A stretch of DNA of 63,982 bases, filler included, from Perkinsus olseni (GCA_013115125.1; 4 parts of 4 records of this genome joined end to end with filler, not necessarily neighbours in it), one strand, 5' to 3'; positions 1 to 13,488 are shown, counted from the whole stretch's first letter. Notes: a model not told the origin generated them from the letters alone. Numbers and translations: made by a program.

Positions 1-595
1 TACAAAAAATTAATGTTGGGTTCCACTAGCGCTAAGCTGTAGATACCAGATCCTCATCACAAACTGGTCACAAGTAACAGCGAAGCGAAGCTGGGTGAAA
101 CAGATAATCACAGATTATCACAAACCGTCGCGGACCGTTGTAGATGAACCCGGAGAAATACGGGAAAAAGCCCGAGCTGGGGTTCGAACTCAATACTTCG
201 TGCCGAGCTATGCTTTTTCGTCACGGAGGCCTAGTAGTGATAACTCAAGGGCTGCTCTCAACCACTCCTGTTGAGAACTCATATCAAGCGATTCACAAGG
301 CAGCGAGAACAGTTTAAAATATCTCCCGGCAGCCTAGCTCTTCGGTCCTCACCCGGTCTCCGACGCCAAGCTGTGGCCAAAACTATCGTCAACGAAAACC
401 CAACTCGAGTCACAGGCCAACAACTCCAAGCTCCGTAATACTGTTGAAACAGCAGAAGATGAACTTCTCGTAATGGTCGATGAATAGGACTGGTAATTAT
501 GAAGATGCAGTGGTTGGCAGCTAGTGTTTGATGATGATGATGCTACTACTGCCGCTGCTCTTGTCGTTAACTAAGCTGAGAAGAACGCCATGAGC

Positions 596-3500
596 TTATG
601 GCATGCCCCTAGGGTTACTCACCAGATCCAGCAAGTCGAAGTCACCATTGTTAGAAGGCGCCTGCTTCTTCCGCGAATCCTGTGACGAACCTCGCTGTGG
701 AGCTTGCTTCTCGAGAGACGCATCAGTGCCGTGCGAGTGAGTCCCGAAAGTTGGCCCGAGGAGATCGGCGAAATCGTCCGGAGTGAAGCGAACCTGCTGC
801 TGCTCCTGCTGGGAGGTCCCGGGCGTTCCTGTCAATGGTGGGCCTTCTCGCGAGCTACTTGTCGTCGGTACCGTAGGAGGATGGTACGAACCTCGAGAAA
901 ATTGCAGCAAGATACGCTCTCTCCTATCATCTCCATAATAAATTATTATCATTAATTCTCATCTTAGATTCTTATCGCTACTCTCATAAGGGAATCGTGT
1001 GATGTTCCGGCATTTCGCTGATGTTGCCTCTTATTATCACGTAAATTGTACACGCCTGTACAATACTGCATCATGATTCACGACTTTCCTCGCCTGGTGG
1101 ACCCCTCAGCCCAAAACTTACTGTTTCCACCCGTCCCCAGAGTGATGACGGCATCAGCTGCTGCTGGTCGTGGTTGCGTGGAAGAGTGATGCAGGCCCTG
1201 TCTCCCTGCCGCGATTGACGCCGCTGCGCTAGTGAAGAACGACTTCATCGACTGCCGCCCACCAGTCCTTGCGTTGATACTGGAGGAGAGGGAACCCCAG
1301 AAGGACGAGGACGACGCCTGGCCGTTCTCGTGGGGTGGCGGAGGCGGCGGTGGTGGTGGTGGAGACGGTGGGGTCGTCGTCCGAGCGAGCGGAGGGGCGC
1401 TATGAACACCGGCAATAACCGGCGGCTGATAGGCTAGAAAGGATAAACCCTTGTGCTCATCATTGTAGACCCAGCCACGAGTCTCGTTCCCATGTGGCGC
1501 TGTAGAGTGCTCCCCAGCCTCGATTGGTGGAGGAGGAGAAGCGACCTGAGCGAGATCGTGATAGAAAAAAATATATTCACGCCAGGCCTTACACTCTCGG
1601 CGTGAAGATTCTTTTCCGGTGCATCCGTCTCGAAGGGCGTGGTCCTCGATCTCGGCGCAGACAGTCCGGTGGCATCGCGGGGTGAGTTTACCTCTCCAGC
1701 GAGTGCGCCCTTCTTTAAGGTAGCGGCATCGCTCCGTGCACTCACAGTACGAACAGCGGGAGCGACAACAATAGCGGTATCAAGAGGGGCAGCGGTACCA
1801 ACAGGAGCAGCGGTATCAACAGGAGCAGCGGTATCAACAGGAGCAGCGGTATCGACAACAGTAGCGGTATCAACGGTAGCAGTAATATCCTCGCTGGGAG
1901 CCGTTACTGGCGCAGCAGTCGTTATCGCGCTTTCCTCTCTCGAGGGCCGCAGTGCTGGTGCCTCAGCGCGAGCCTCCCTGCTGACCACGAAGGAAGGAAA
2001 TTCCCGCGTCGTACTAGTCTCAACAGCAGAGGCATGGACATCCTCTTCGGGTGCTCTCACAGTAGCAGCAGGGGCAGCGTCGGCGGCCGTTACTTCGGTG
2101 GTCACGCTGTTCTCAGGAGAGATGGTAGGAGGAGTTGTTGCTGCCAACTGCGCCCAGGCGACATCACCAGCTTCTGTGATCGCATGAGTAGCCTCGCCAC
2201 CCGCATTCTCAAGTGGCGTCGCGAGCTCGGTCCGGACACCCGCAGCCGGCCTCTCCTCACCGAAGGCTTGAGGTGAGCCATCACCATGGCCAACTTGTGC
2301 TACATCAACTGATGCTGAGTGGTCTTTTCTGGTGCTGGCTGTTGCCGTAACAACAGCAGCAGCAGCCTCGTCAGCGGGCTCTGCCTCCTGCGATATGCTG
2401 AGGGCTGAAGTAGCGCATGGAGCGGTTGTCTCCGGCTTTGCGATGGGCTTGTCATCAGAATTCAATCCGACTGTATCATGGGAGCATTCCGGAGCAACAG
2501 TCGCTGTTTTCTCATCACATGCTGCAGCAGTATCATCGACGGTGATAAGGACCTCTTGACTGGAGAAGGTCAAAACTCCACTAGGGGCGAGAACATCGGT
2601 ACTCGAGGGTATCAGCGGCAACTCACTGCTAGCGACGGTGTCCCCGCCCGAGGAGGGCTGTGGCGCAGTGGTGGTGATCTCGGACACCACAACAGCCGCT
2701 GACTCACCGTCTGGGCTCTTCCTCATGCCACCCACCACTTCCGCGGCCTCAGGAGTAGTCTTGTCAGTTCGGGTACTAGAAGCAGTGGTAGCAATTCCGT
2801 TGAGCGCAGCGACGGCAGCGGGAACAGGAAGTTGCTCCTCATCTCGGGACGCGGTACCGATAGAAGCAGTTATCTCAATGGACACAAGGTCAGGAGTACT
2901 GACCATCCCGTCGGATGGTACTCTTTCGGCTACCGTGATGTCTTCACGACGAGCCGTCGCACTGGGAAGGGTAGAGGGCCCCTCGCCGAAAGTTACTGAT
3001 GGTGTGATAGGAACTGGCCCCGTAGCAGCAGCCGTGGCATCCTCTGCACTTGGAGGAGCAATAACATCCACTCCGGCTAAAACTCCCTCGGTTGCAGTAG
3101 AAGCAGCCGATTGCGTGGGTATCACAGCGGTTGCTTGATCAGTAGCAACGACTAGTGAGTAACTGTCAGCGTTGTCCTCTGCACTGAAGATAGCTTCCTC
3201 ACTCTCGGTAGTCGCGCCCGTAGGAAACCCTTCGTCTGCTTGCATGAATCGCCTCACGGGAGTGTCATCATCAGCAGCATCAGCCCCATCCTGTTCACTA
3301 GGGGGCTGACCACCAGCAACAGCAGAGGCCTCCTCCCCTGCAGCCACGAGGGGCGCCGTGGCCCCGGCCTCAGGAATGACAGGCCTATCGCCAATCACAA
3401 CCTCAGTGGCTACGGAGGTGGCGTCGGAAAGGGTGACAGAAGCAGTTCCCAAAGGTTCCCCGCCAAACCCTTCAAGGGAGGGGACCCGCTCACCTCTAGC

Positions 3501-5267
3501 GGCCACAACTGAGTCCTCAGAGACACCAACCAGTGGCGTAGCGGAGGCAGAACTCGGAGGTGCGCCATGACCATCTGAAGGGGACTGTTTCGATACACCA
3601 TTGTCTCCGGAGAGGGTTCCAGCTTCGCCATAGTCCGGGGTGGCGGCGGGCCCAGCAGCCGAGTATTCACCACTCAAACCACACTCAATAGGACTGGTCA
3701 GCGGCGTTGTAGCATCACCAGAAGAAGCACCGGCATCCGGAACGGCGCAGACCTCTACGGGAGTTGATACAGGAGTCTCATCGCTCTTGGGAAGGCCCCG
3801 CTCACCGGAAGTAGACAACAGCGACGCCGTCGGCCCTTCTGCATGGGTTGTTGTAGTGGCAGCGGTCGACCCCTCCTCCAGCTGCCCACTGGGAGCCCTG
3901 CGTCTGGGTGAGGGGAGCAACGCCACAGGTGTTGCGCTAGTAACAGATGACGCCGACGACGAGGAAGAGCTATCTACTGACGAGGTCCGCTCCTCTGCAG
4001 TCTTCAAGGACTCGGCCGCCGCTGGTACGGCAGCAGCGAACGTGTCAGCCACCATGGTCTTAATATCAGCGGTGGGGTTAACCCCAGCAGGGGCTCTTTC
4101 TGACACCCCTAGCTTTTTCATCCATCCCTCCACGGAGGACTCGCTACTCGTATCGTCAGGGCGTCCCTCAGGAGGAGGGGGTGGGGGAAGCGGCATGCCT
4201 AAGCTGATGCCCCCGCCACGCGTTCTCGTGCTACTCTGCCCCCCGGCCGCGACGGCTGCCGAGAGACCCCCGACGAAGGAAGAGAAGAACTTGGTGGACG
4301 ATTCGCCCAACTTCGAGGAAATCCGAGAAGCTGTTGCCGCTGTCGTGTCCATCACCTTCCTCAGGATATGGTCATCATACGCACTCGCTGTCGCTGATTC
4401 TGACTCCTCCGAGACTTGCGCCTGCGGTGGTACGAATAGACTATGTCAAGCACAGGTCCCTCACCTCGCCTTGCCGAACCTTCGGGCGGTAGTGTTTCCG
4501 TAGGGTCGCACTGGCCACATCAACCGCAGGCATGTTCTTCTTGATAAGTTCTACTAGCGATGATAGCGATGGTCGACCTGGTGGACACCTCCATCACTGA
4601 GCGTGGCAGCAGCGGCTTTCACCTACCGTCCGGATCGCCGCTGTGCATGGTGACACGCAGGACGAGGCCCTCCAAGATCTCTTTGGAAGTTTCTAATACA
4701 GCGGACCCCTCGTCATCATCAGAATCTATACAGGAAGACCTCGCACGCGATAACAAGAAACTGGAGACGTTTCGGAATAGTAGGGGGAAGGGAAATGTGA
4801 AGAGGAGTCCTCGAGCCCACTCGAGCGTCGTCGTCGACACACAACAGCCGTGACCGGTGAATTGATGAGGCGAGGTTGAAATAGTGAGGCGTGCGCGATC
4901 GAAATCAAGTGGGGGCGATATGGCACGAGACCTCAGTGCCACCACGTGCCTACGAATGTGGAAGCGCGTCCAACGATATTTCAATTGCTGCCCAGACGGT
5001 CCCAGAACCAAGGCTCACCAGTCCTGGCATGACGAGCATCATGAGGCGGACCCTCGACATCTCCACCAGTGTTGAGGATGTGCTTGATTCGGTCACTCTG
5101 TTCCTTCAACCTCCTACCATCATCGTAGGCTAGCAGCAGCGATGGTGGCCGCCGGAGGCGATCCCCAGCCCGGGTTGTGAGGGGCAGAACCGCTAGGAGT
5201 GCCGACCACTGAAAATATCGAGGAGATGACAAACGCACCGTCCAAAGCGAGCGAGTTTGAAGTCCAT
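596..5267 (-). CDS. Large multi-exon hypothetical protein with a long Ala/Thr/Ser/Pro-rich low-complexity region
   Basis: 973-aa ORF 1434-4355 is one large exon. Flanking short exons have GT-AG boundaries: ATG at 5267 (MDFKLARFGR), a poly-Pro exon at ~1140-1430 and a terminal exon at 596-905 (...DFDLLDLVSNPRGMP*). Joining them into one gene is inferred. Confidence 0.6.
1755..1882. repeat. 18-bp coding minisatellite (TAAPVD-type units)
   Basis: Units like acaggagcagcggtatca repeated several times with divergence. The minus frame reads VDTAAPVDTAAPVGTAAPLDTA. Confidence 0.85.
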
Positions 5268-5520
5268 TCCTATACGGTCTTGATCAGACCGTATGCCGAA
5301 TTTTGGGCACGTAATCGCAACAAATGAGAAGAAAGGGGTGAAATTCCGTTGGATAATTTACATGCCATAGTTCAACTATGCAATAGCTTCGTCATACTAG
5401 CGGACCGTTATTGCCTACCACTCCCTCCCCTACTCCTGATCTTCTCTATTCTATCTTGCCCACTATGAGCCCGATCTAATTGTGTTGTGTTCTACTACTA
5501 TCATAGTATTACCAGTAATA

Positions 5521-6438
5521 CTATATTCCCGGCTGCGAGGCGAGCAACAAAAATATCGCACCAGAGCCATAACAAAACGAATGAAAAACTGCCTTCCCCG
5601 CCACAAGATAGCGCACGAAGCCGAGCCCTACCTGTGCCAGAGAGAGCTGCTCAACCGGCTGGTCCCAGTCCCTGAAGGCAGCATTGCCCCCTTCCCGTCC
5701 CACCGACACCCCGTCCTCATCATCATCCACAACAGAGGTCTCCGCAGCCACTACAGGTGACCAGCTCAGGTAGTGCACTATAGCAGCCACGGACCAGACG
5801 TCCGAGGCCTGGCCAGTCTGGGGTCCCTCGACCCCCTCAGAGTGGAGCAGGGCCATCAGGGCTGCTGTGATCGCAGGGCCGAAACATGCCTGCAAGGCCG
5901 TCTCGGGAGCCCACGTCCGGTATATCGAAGGCCCGCCGACGCCATGCAGTGTCTCTGGGCAGGCTAGTTGCGGAGGGAGACAGCTAGAGGTGTCAGAAAG
6001 CAAGGCGGCTGTATCGAGATAGTAGTCAGCGGCACGGACCGTCGGGGTTACCCTACAGGAGAGCACGTCATGATCAATCCCAGGCTGTTCCTGCTTACCT
6101 CAACCCATCCTTCCCCTCCCTGATGAGGATGTCCTTGAAGGACAGCTGCCCGTTGAAGGTGACCCCACCGTGATGGTGGACATACTGCAAGGCTGTACTC
6201 AGTCTGTATGTAAATATCAGAGCATAATCGGCGTCGGTGTTGACACCATTCCCTCGGGTAATCGCCTTCCCGTACCTCTCCTCGCCCAACTCATCCCTCT
6301 TGTCGCCCTCATTAGCAATCGCCGTGGATGCCCTGTGAATGTCGTCCAGAGGCTGCCCGTTGGCGTCCAAGATGCACTGCGTGACCAGATAGAAAGAGCC
6401 GCCCGAGTGGCGATAAACTCCGTAGATCCTCACTACAT

Positions 6439-6472
<34 letters not shown>

Positions 6473-7906
6473 TTCATCATCATCAGTCGGCATACGGCAC
6501 AGTCGAGTCAGACAGTTCACCCACGCCGAGGAACGCTTCACGGTGATGTTGTTGCGCAGATGAATGACACCCTTGGGAGGCGCGGAGGGAAGGGGCACCA
6601 GCCGCACATAAAAACTCGCCGCGTCGGCGTCGAAAGCGTGCAGCCTGGCCAGAAGAGTCCGATCAGAGAGGCGCTTAGGGGTGCCGTCCTCCGTCAGTAT
6701 CAATTCTATACTCCGACTGCCACTTGAAGGTCCCTCTACGATTAGGAGATGGTGTGGTATGATATCCTCCCAGGCCTCCTCCTGCCGGCACTCCTGGCGG
6801 AAGGCCTCCTGACTATCCTCGGCAGCCTCTACCACCGAGGCCAACAGGTGATTGTAGTCGTAGTCATACCAGTAGCCCTCATCGTCTTCCTTCCCACACA
6901 AGCCAGCGCGATCATCGATCCCCCGACCGCCTCTCCTCGCCACCACCAACGGCTTCCCCGGCGAGCCTTGGCGTGCAGCCAGAGTGATACTGAGACTGTC
7001 GTCTTGCAGCCGTCCTGCCTTGAAAGTACCAACACACAGAGCGAGCCCCTCGGTATCATGGCCGTTGATGATGAGCATACCCAGTCCCCACGGGCAACCA
7101 CACTCCACCTCCCCGATGTAGCAATCGCCGTTGGAGTAGAGGAGAGCACCAAAACCTTCCGGCACCTGAAAACGACTAAACTACAGGGTGTTGCGAGAGG
7201 CCAATGACAAAGGCCAGCACCAATGACGTGGTATTGCAGTTTTCTCAAGTGCAAACGAAATTTACCTTCTTGACAGGGTACATTATACGGATCGCACACG
7301 AAACGTTTTCTAACAGCCTCACTCAGCCAAAGAAACAAAAAGCGCCACTAACACAGGCAGGCCAAATTCCAGTGTGCGTCGATGCATTAACGATCAGGTC
7401 CATCAACATCAGCAAATTTGATCCGCCGTTTTACTCGACTGAGGGCGCAAAAAAATCCAGTGGCAGGAGAAGCCTTGGCGCTTAGTTAGGCAACACAGCT
7501 CGTTCTAGCAGCCCCGGCCCTACTACCCCGTCCACTGACCACTCCCCTTCGTAGGCGATCGGGAAGTATCTTATCTCCTTATCAGTTGCATGGGTCAACC
7601 TCCGCTTCGCTTCATAGTAGGCATCGTCAAAAACTAGTATTTCCGCCCGACAACGCGGGTCGTCTCGACGCCATGCCTGCATGCGGCATCTCGGAAGAAT
7701 ATCTATTTTTCTGCCAACTCCTCGCGTCAACCTCGCCCCCTCCTCATCTATCGCGCTGTAGTAAGTCCTGCACAATACCTGATCAAGTCCACCGCAGAGT
7801 ACGGAACAATCCCAATACTGAGATGGCTATCAAGCCCGTCCGATGGTCCACCAGTGAACTCAGCAGCCACCGCTGGCCCACTTCGGCAAGAGTCAACCCC
7901 TTCCAT
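5521..7906 (-). CDS. MORN-repeat protein with a C-terminal degenerate protein-kinase-like domain (multi-exon)
   Basis: MORN-like segments YEGEWSVDGVVGPG and GFGALLYSNGDCYIGEVECGCPWGLG. Kinase-lobe-like segments VVRIYGVY..FYLVTQ, ALQYVH..GQLSFKDILI, VRAADY, WAPE and SDVWSVAAIVHYL. Confidence 0.6.
6439..6472. repeat. (CAG)n microsatellite encoding poly-Ala on the minus strand
   Basis: About 11 consecutive cag units; the ORF shows an Ala run. Confidence 0.9.
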
Positions 7907-8469
7907 ACACCAATTACGGACGATCAGAGCGTATACTCAATCACAACCTCTTCTACCTCCCTCTACTACCCGTCTTTCCGAACTTCTCCAAACAAAATTC
8001 ACGGTTTCTTCCCAAATTTTCCTGTATTTTCCCCAACTTTTCCGCGCGATGTGTACTACGAGCTCGAAACAAGCTCCCGAAATGGCTGATGCCACTCGGC
8101 CACTACGGTTGGAAGATTTTTACGAGCAAAAAAAGCTAATATATACCGAATCTTAGGTCGACCATAGCTCTCGACAAAATCCATGATTGCTTCCCCACGA
8201 ATGCTCCTCGCCCTACAGAATCCACACCCCCACCCTGCCCAACCTATTACATCGTCTTCTAGCGCAGCGGCACTCGGGCGTGGTGGGCATTCGATCTCCT
8301 TTATCCTCACCGCACTAGGACAGGCTCCCATACCAAAACAAACGCTACTCCCAGCCACTTCGATACAGTCTGTCCCACCAAGAATTTCCGCATTGAAATT
8401 TTCCCAAATTTTTCGTGAGACAAAGTGCATTACTAACAACAACTCAACACCATCACCCTCGAAAGGAAA

Positions 8470-9312
8470 TTATACCAGAAAAGCGTCGTGCAGTTTTTGC
8501 CTGAAGGGATAGTCCGGCAGGAGGCCCACTCGAACGCTCCCTCGCAGACCACCCGGGCCGCCCATTCCCACAACTCCGCCAACTTCCACCGGAAAATACG
8601 GTACTTTAAAGCCGAACCCGAGCTCACGAGGAGGGACGCTATGCTGCTGCTCCAGAAGAATATCTTGAGCGTCCAAATCCTTCCCTGTGCGTGCTGCCTC
8701 CTCCGCCACTATAGCCGCGCCAAGGCGTATCCTTTCGAGTGCGAGTTGCTCATCGTCCGACCTCGCACAGAGTAAGAGATACCTTTTCCAGTCCCGCTCT
8801 AACTCCCGCAACTGTCCCCTTATAATTTTCTCATCCTCCGTCAAAAGCCGACTTCTTTTCGCAAACCATTGAGCCAGCTTCTCCCAGCCATCGCCTTGGC
8901 AATCCATATTAAGTATAGCTCTCCAAGCCTGGCGTCGTAGTGATCGCAGCTGCACTGCCAGCGCCGTGTCCAGCAACGCTTGGCCATTACCCTCGTCATC
9001 ACGCAAACCATCTCTACCCATTACTTCGGCGTAGCTGTCCAGAGGCTGATCGAGTCTTATCGCCCTCCTCGCTAATTCTTCTGCTTCCGACCGGCTGGAC
9101 GACCACAGGAAGAGTCCCCCGCTGTGGATGACGACACAGAGGGCGCATAAAACGGCCATCACCATAATGATGAGGGTTCCTCGATGGCCTCTCTGAAGAC
9201 GTCGTCCAGGAGGACCCCGCGATGAGGATGGCATTAGTGGCGAAAACCGTCTATACCGATGAATGCCCCTCCCGGGAATCGAACTCGGGTCGTCGGATAG
9301 AGAGAGAAACAT
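8470..9312 (-). CDS. Hypothetical type II membrane / coiled-coil protein
   Basis: 280-aa ORF with one hydrophobic segment (TLIIMVMAVLCALCVVIHSGGLFLW) followed by a charged helical region. Confidence 0.5.
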   Translation of the reverse strand: MFLSLSDDPSSIPGRGIHRYRRFSPLMPSSSRGPPGRRLQRGHRGTLIIMVMAVLCALCVVIHSGGLFLWSSSRSEAEELARRAIRLDQPLDSYAEVMGRDGLRDDEGNGQALLDTALAVQLRSLRRQAWRAILNMDCQGDGWEKLAQWFAKRSRLLTEDEKIIRGQLRELERDWKRYLLLCARSDDEQLALERIRLGAAIVAEEAARTGKDLDAQDILLEQQHSVPPRELGFGFKVPYFPVEVGGVVGMGGPGGLRGSVRVGLLPDYPFRQKLHDAFLV

Positions 9313-9949
9313 GGACGAGGTACATTCATGTCACACCAGATGGACTGTTCCCCAGCACACATTCGCACAGCTCCGGAAAGCCCGTTTCCCGTTCTCTATT
9401 ATCATCCACTTCGACGTGGTCTTCCCTCTCCTCAGAGTCCTCTAGCGTTATAAAAGGATCGAAGCCCCAACGTGTCGTGTCCGCTTCTATCCGACCATCA
9501 CTACTCTCACTGTAGTACCTGGCAACCAATGACAATCTCCCAATGATAGACACGACAGAACTATCAGCAACCACAGTATCACTAACGACAAGTCTTTAGT
9601 TCCGGCCAAAGACAATAACACACTACAACCTTATACAACCTCTAAGAGAGACGATAGCTCGGCTGCTGAGCTGTCGTCATTGCCAACATTGTCAACGACT
9701 AGTTCACAATTCTCGAAACCGGATGGATGGTATAGCGCCCTGTGAGAAGCAAGAACATAGTGAATGAAATCAATTCAACGACTGCGGCAACGAATCTTGT
9801 AGCCCATTTTTCGGGTTTGGGTGGGGCAGGGATACAGTCGAATAGCGGAAAGCTCTGTCATTTATTGAAGACACCACCATAACTAGCAACGAGCTCGTGC
9901 GGAGTACGAACCCCCTTCCCAAAAATGACGGATTAATACAAAAATATTA

Positions 9950-12900
9950 TCATTCAGACACCGTAGCATCCTCCCTGTGCCAACTACTACCCCTCCTCCC
10001 AGTCCCTCCCCCACATGCAACCCATCTCCTCAGCACCAACATGATGGACCACCCACGATCCGGGCTCGATCGAACTCCAGGTCTTCTCGCAGACAGGTTC
10101 CATGGCGAACCTACGCACTCTGAGGAGATGGCCAAACCCCAGTAATACCTACACTGAGTAGCTGCCAAAGTCGTCCACAATGAGGGAGGGGAGGAGCCTC
10201 TCGCCCCCCATCCGAGTGTACACGGCTTGACGCAGATGCACACCGAGACAGGGATCGTCGCCAAAGACCATCCGCAGCTCGCCGAGGCTACGAAGAGAAG
10301 GTGTCCACACAATTCGTGTGAGGACAGTATTACTCCTTCATAGTGGATATCTTCCGTACGACGTCCATGGACATAACTCTGACCACCCCCCTGAAGAGAC
10401 GTAGCAGCTGCTCGTCTTTCTCTCCTCCACCACATGATGCTCCACCATAAACAACCAAGTTCGCTGTCATTTCGGTTCAAGATCCAGGAGTGCTTGCGTG
10501 GCGGCTTTTGCTGTAATTGAACTCGATCGGTGGACCGTCGGCGTGGTGGTGAATCGAAGTCGATGAAACTTGTATTTCAAAATTCGAAATTTCATTCTCA
10601 TCATCATAATCCCGTCTCCTACGGCAAGGCACTCTTTGCTGCTGCTACCGCTCAGTAAGCGGTTACATCCCTCAAAGAACGTGCGCTACTCGCATCAAAA
10701 CCATTATGCTGGGTTCTTAGCTACTACTATCACCACCATCACTGCTACTACTGGTATTACCGCGGATAAGTCGGGAAGGTCTCATAAGGATAGATGTCCC
10801 AGGTGTTATGGAAATTGTGACCCTCCTCCCGAGGAACCGGCGATATATAGTCAATAAAGCCCCAGAGATACCCAACAGCAGGCCTGACACAAACCCATCG
10901 ACCCACCCAAACCACGGCCGCGCTACTACCTCTGCCGGACCATTCGGATGAGCGGCTCAGGTCGCAGGTAGATGTCATCGTCTGCCTTGATGAGCATGCG
11001 TGCCGCGGAGTTTCGGGCGACCCACTCCAGGAACAGGAGCCCTTTCTGGGAGTTGTATCTTAACAGGAACAACAACAGTTCTGGTCGAGGGTGTTGATGA
11101 ATCAGCAATTCATGGTTAATAATCATCAATGATGACGAACGTTTCACCTGCGACTCTTATAAGCTACCATGACAGGCGAGTATAATCCTACAGTAGGATT
11201 CCTACTCGAAAACGCAAATATTCATTCTCACCTCTCCCAACGCCAACAGCGGATGACTCAACAAAATCTCGCAGATCTACGGACTCCTATCGACGTCTAT
11301 GAAACGACCCTGTTATAACCTGTAACCCTCCGGGACGTCCAACATTACGATATCATCATGAGCAGCTATTTCCCGCCTGATCCTCGGGCCAACCTCGGAT
11401 CCGTTAGCAGCCCCAACTCGCCCCAGAAAGAACCTACAGCCCCAGCCACCGATCGAGCACTCGTTCGAACTGCTACTTGTGTCTGATCCGGGAATCGTTT
11501 CTGAAGATCCTCAGCCAGGAGTCCCTTATCGCCTGTCTCTTCTCAAAGTTACCATTAGAACTGTATATACCCAGGAATATGTCGTTGGCTGAACAAAGAA
11601 CGCTATCAAGCGCCGAGAACCATACTCCACTACTCGTGAAGAAGACCCGTGTGCGTGCGTGCCTTGCACACTCATGTAGCCACACCATCAATCATTGTGG
11701 TGTCCTCTGCTACAGTCCCCCGTACCATTCGCGTGGGGTCTGATGCGACTGTACCACTGTACAAGCTAACGATTGTTGCTTCGCTAAGCATACACAGGGT
11801 TTGCGGAGAGCAAGTTCCTGGCTTCCTTCATCCTCTGTAGTGGAGCTGGGCAACCGTGCTAGGGTCGAGGAAAGTACGGTACGAAGTACGTTTCGAAATG
11901 TCAACCAAGTACGGGTACGGAGAACTAGTACGTATTAAATATATTAAACAACGCATAAGCGTATTAAATTACGCCCTACTTCAAGTACGGCGTACTAGTA
12001 CGGTACTTGGGGACCGCTGCGACGGGTAGTACGGGTACGGAGCCGTACTCGTACCCGTACCCTACTCCGTACTAGACCGTACCCGTTCTGTCGCCCACTT
12101 CTACTCTGTAGATTTTAAAGTCGGGGTCTGCTCATTTAAGTGCATTAGCTGTCGGTCTTCTAGCAGCAATGCACCACTACGCTACTACGTGTATCTCTCA
12201 AGAGTAGACTTAGCATCAGTGTCCAACTGCGAAAGGCTTTTCAACGGGCTCCTACCTTCTCCGCCCTCCCCTCCAATACCCTCACAGAGGGTCTCTACAG
12301 TAGACCATAGACGAACGGGAAATGGCTGATTATATCTGCCCATCCATTGCCATCATCCATCCCCCAACCAGCTTCGCTCCGCTCACCGATAATACAGTAC
12401 GTCAAGTAGCATATCCTGGTAGCTCCACAGGAACTTCATCTGCTTCTCCAAATCACGCAGAAGATCCAAAAACGACCCTGACTATGACACCCTTCCTACT
12501 ACCACTACCACCCCTACCACACCAAGCTCAAAATGCGTTTCATTGAACGCTGCCACTGCGTTGGCAAACATAGTAGATACCCTATAGTAGCCATTATAAG
12601 CCGGTACTGTGTGCCAGGCCAGTGCCTACCCCAAAGCCTTAAAAAACACCAATACCGCGCCCTTATTACATTGATCATAGCCTCGCTGAGGTAGTCCCGT
12701 CTTCGGCGGTCGTCCAGGATGATCGTGAACCGGTACCGTTCAAATGCCCTCTTATACAGACTCATCCTCCGCTCTACCGGGGCTTCCGGACTCTCATCGA
12801 AGAATATGTGCTCCGCGGTTTCAGGATGCTGATAACATTTTATCTGACACCTCTAGCTTTCACTCTTACCGCGGCCGCCTGAGTGTAGATAGTCATCCAC

Positions 12901-13488
12901 TCCTTCGGCCAGTTCGTCGGCGCTCCAGAAAAAGACAACTCCTCCACAGCCGGAAACAGCAAAGATACAAAATTATTTTTCTGCGAAAAATTCGTTCCGC
13001 CCATCGACAGAATTTTTTCTACTACTCTGAGTAGGAGATCCTCAACGCTCTCTCCTTGCACCTTAGTATCGCCAGTATCAGTCGGCAACGAAAATTCAAC
13101 TTCGTCAATGTGGACGAGTACCGTCCCTCGCCCAACACGCTTGGTCTGGCCGAACGGCACCCAACTGAGGTTGTTGGTAAGAACGTAACTGTCCCGAAGA
13201 GCCCTTCGTCTGCGGCATCCCTTCCGAGTAGTACTCAAAATTCCCAAGAGAAAAATTTGTAGGGGCGTGAAGGTAGGCGACCCGGCAACCTCCCGCCAGC
13301 CTACCTGAGCAAGGCAACCTCGATGATGGTCGCGGATCTTAGGTTGAAGCATGGGTAATACAAAAAATCGCTCAATTTAGTAGGAATCCCCTAGTACCTC
13401 TGCTAGAGGTCACGTTCTGTTCCGTGTAGAACTCGAAGCTCGCAGCTTGGACTGCTCCTATGATACCGCTATACCAAAACTTCCTCAT
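9950..13488 (-). CDS. GT31-family (beta-1,3-galactosyltransferase-like) glycosyltransferase with a long N-terminal extension, many exons
   Basis: Exon peptides IFLGIYSSNGNFEKRQAIRDSW, HDDIVMLDVPEGY, LLFLEWVARNSAARMLIKADDDIYLR (DxD motif), YLWGFI..YPYETFPTYPRG, VMSMDVVRKI, GDDPCLGVHL and WVVHHV. Upstream exons run to a signal-like MRKFWYSGIIGAVQAA start. Both ends are uncertain. Confidence 0.75.
11841..12103. mobile_element. hAT-type MITE (263 bp) with 8-bp target-site duplication
   Basis: CTCTGTAG flanks both sides (11833-11840 and 12104-12111). Imperfect TIRs TGGAGCTGGGCAAC / rc TAGAAGTGGGCGAC match 10/14. The interior has many GTACGG/CCGTAC motifs in both orientations. Confidence 0.75.

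Noticed and set aside
1639-4503. Long plus-strand ORFs (182, 166, 287 aa)
   Set aside because: Antisense shadows of the GC-rich low-complexity exon on the minus strand.
4619-5267. TBC/Rab-GAP domain at the N-terminus of the large gene
   Set aside because: Only faint echoes (WSALLAVLP, EWARGLLF); the catalytic IxxDxxR and YxQ motifs were not found.
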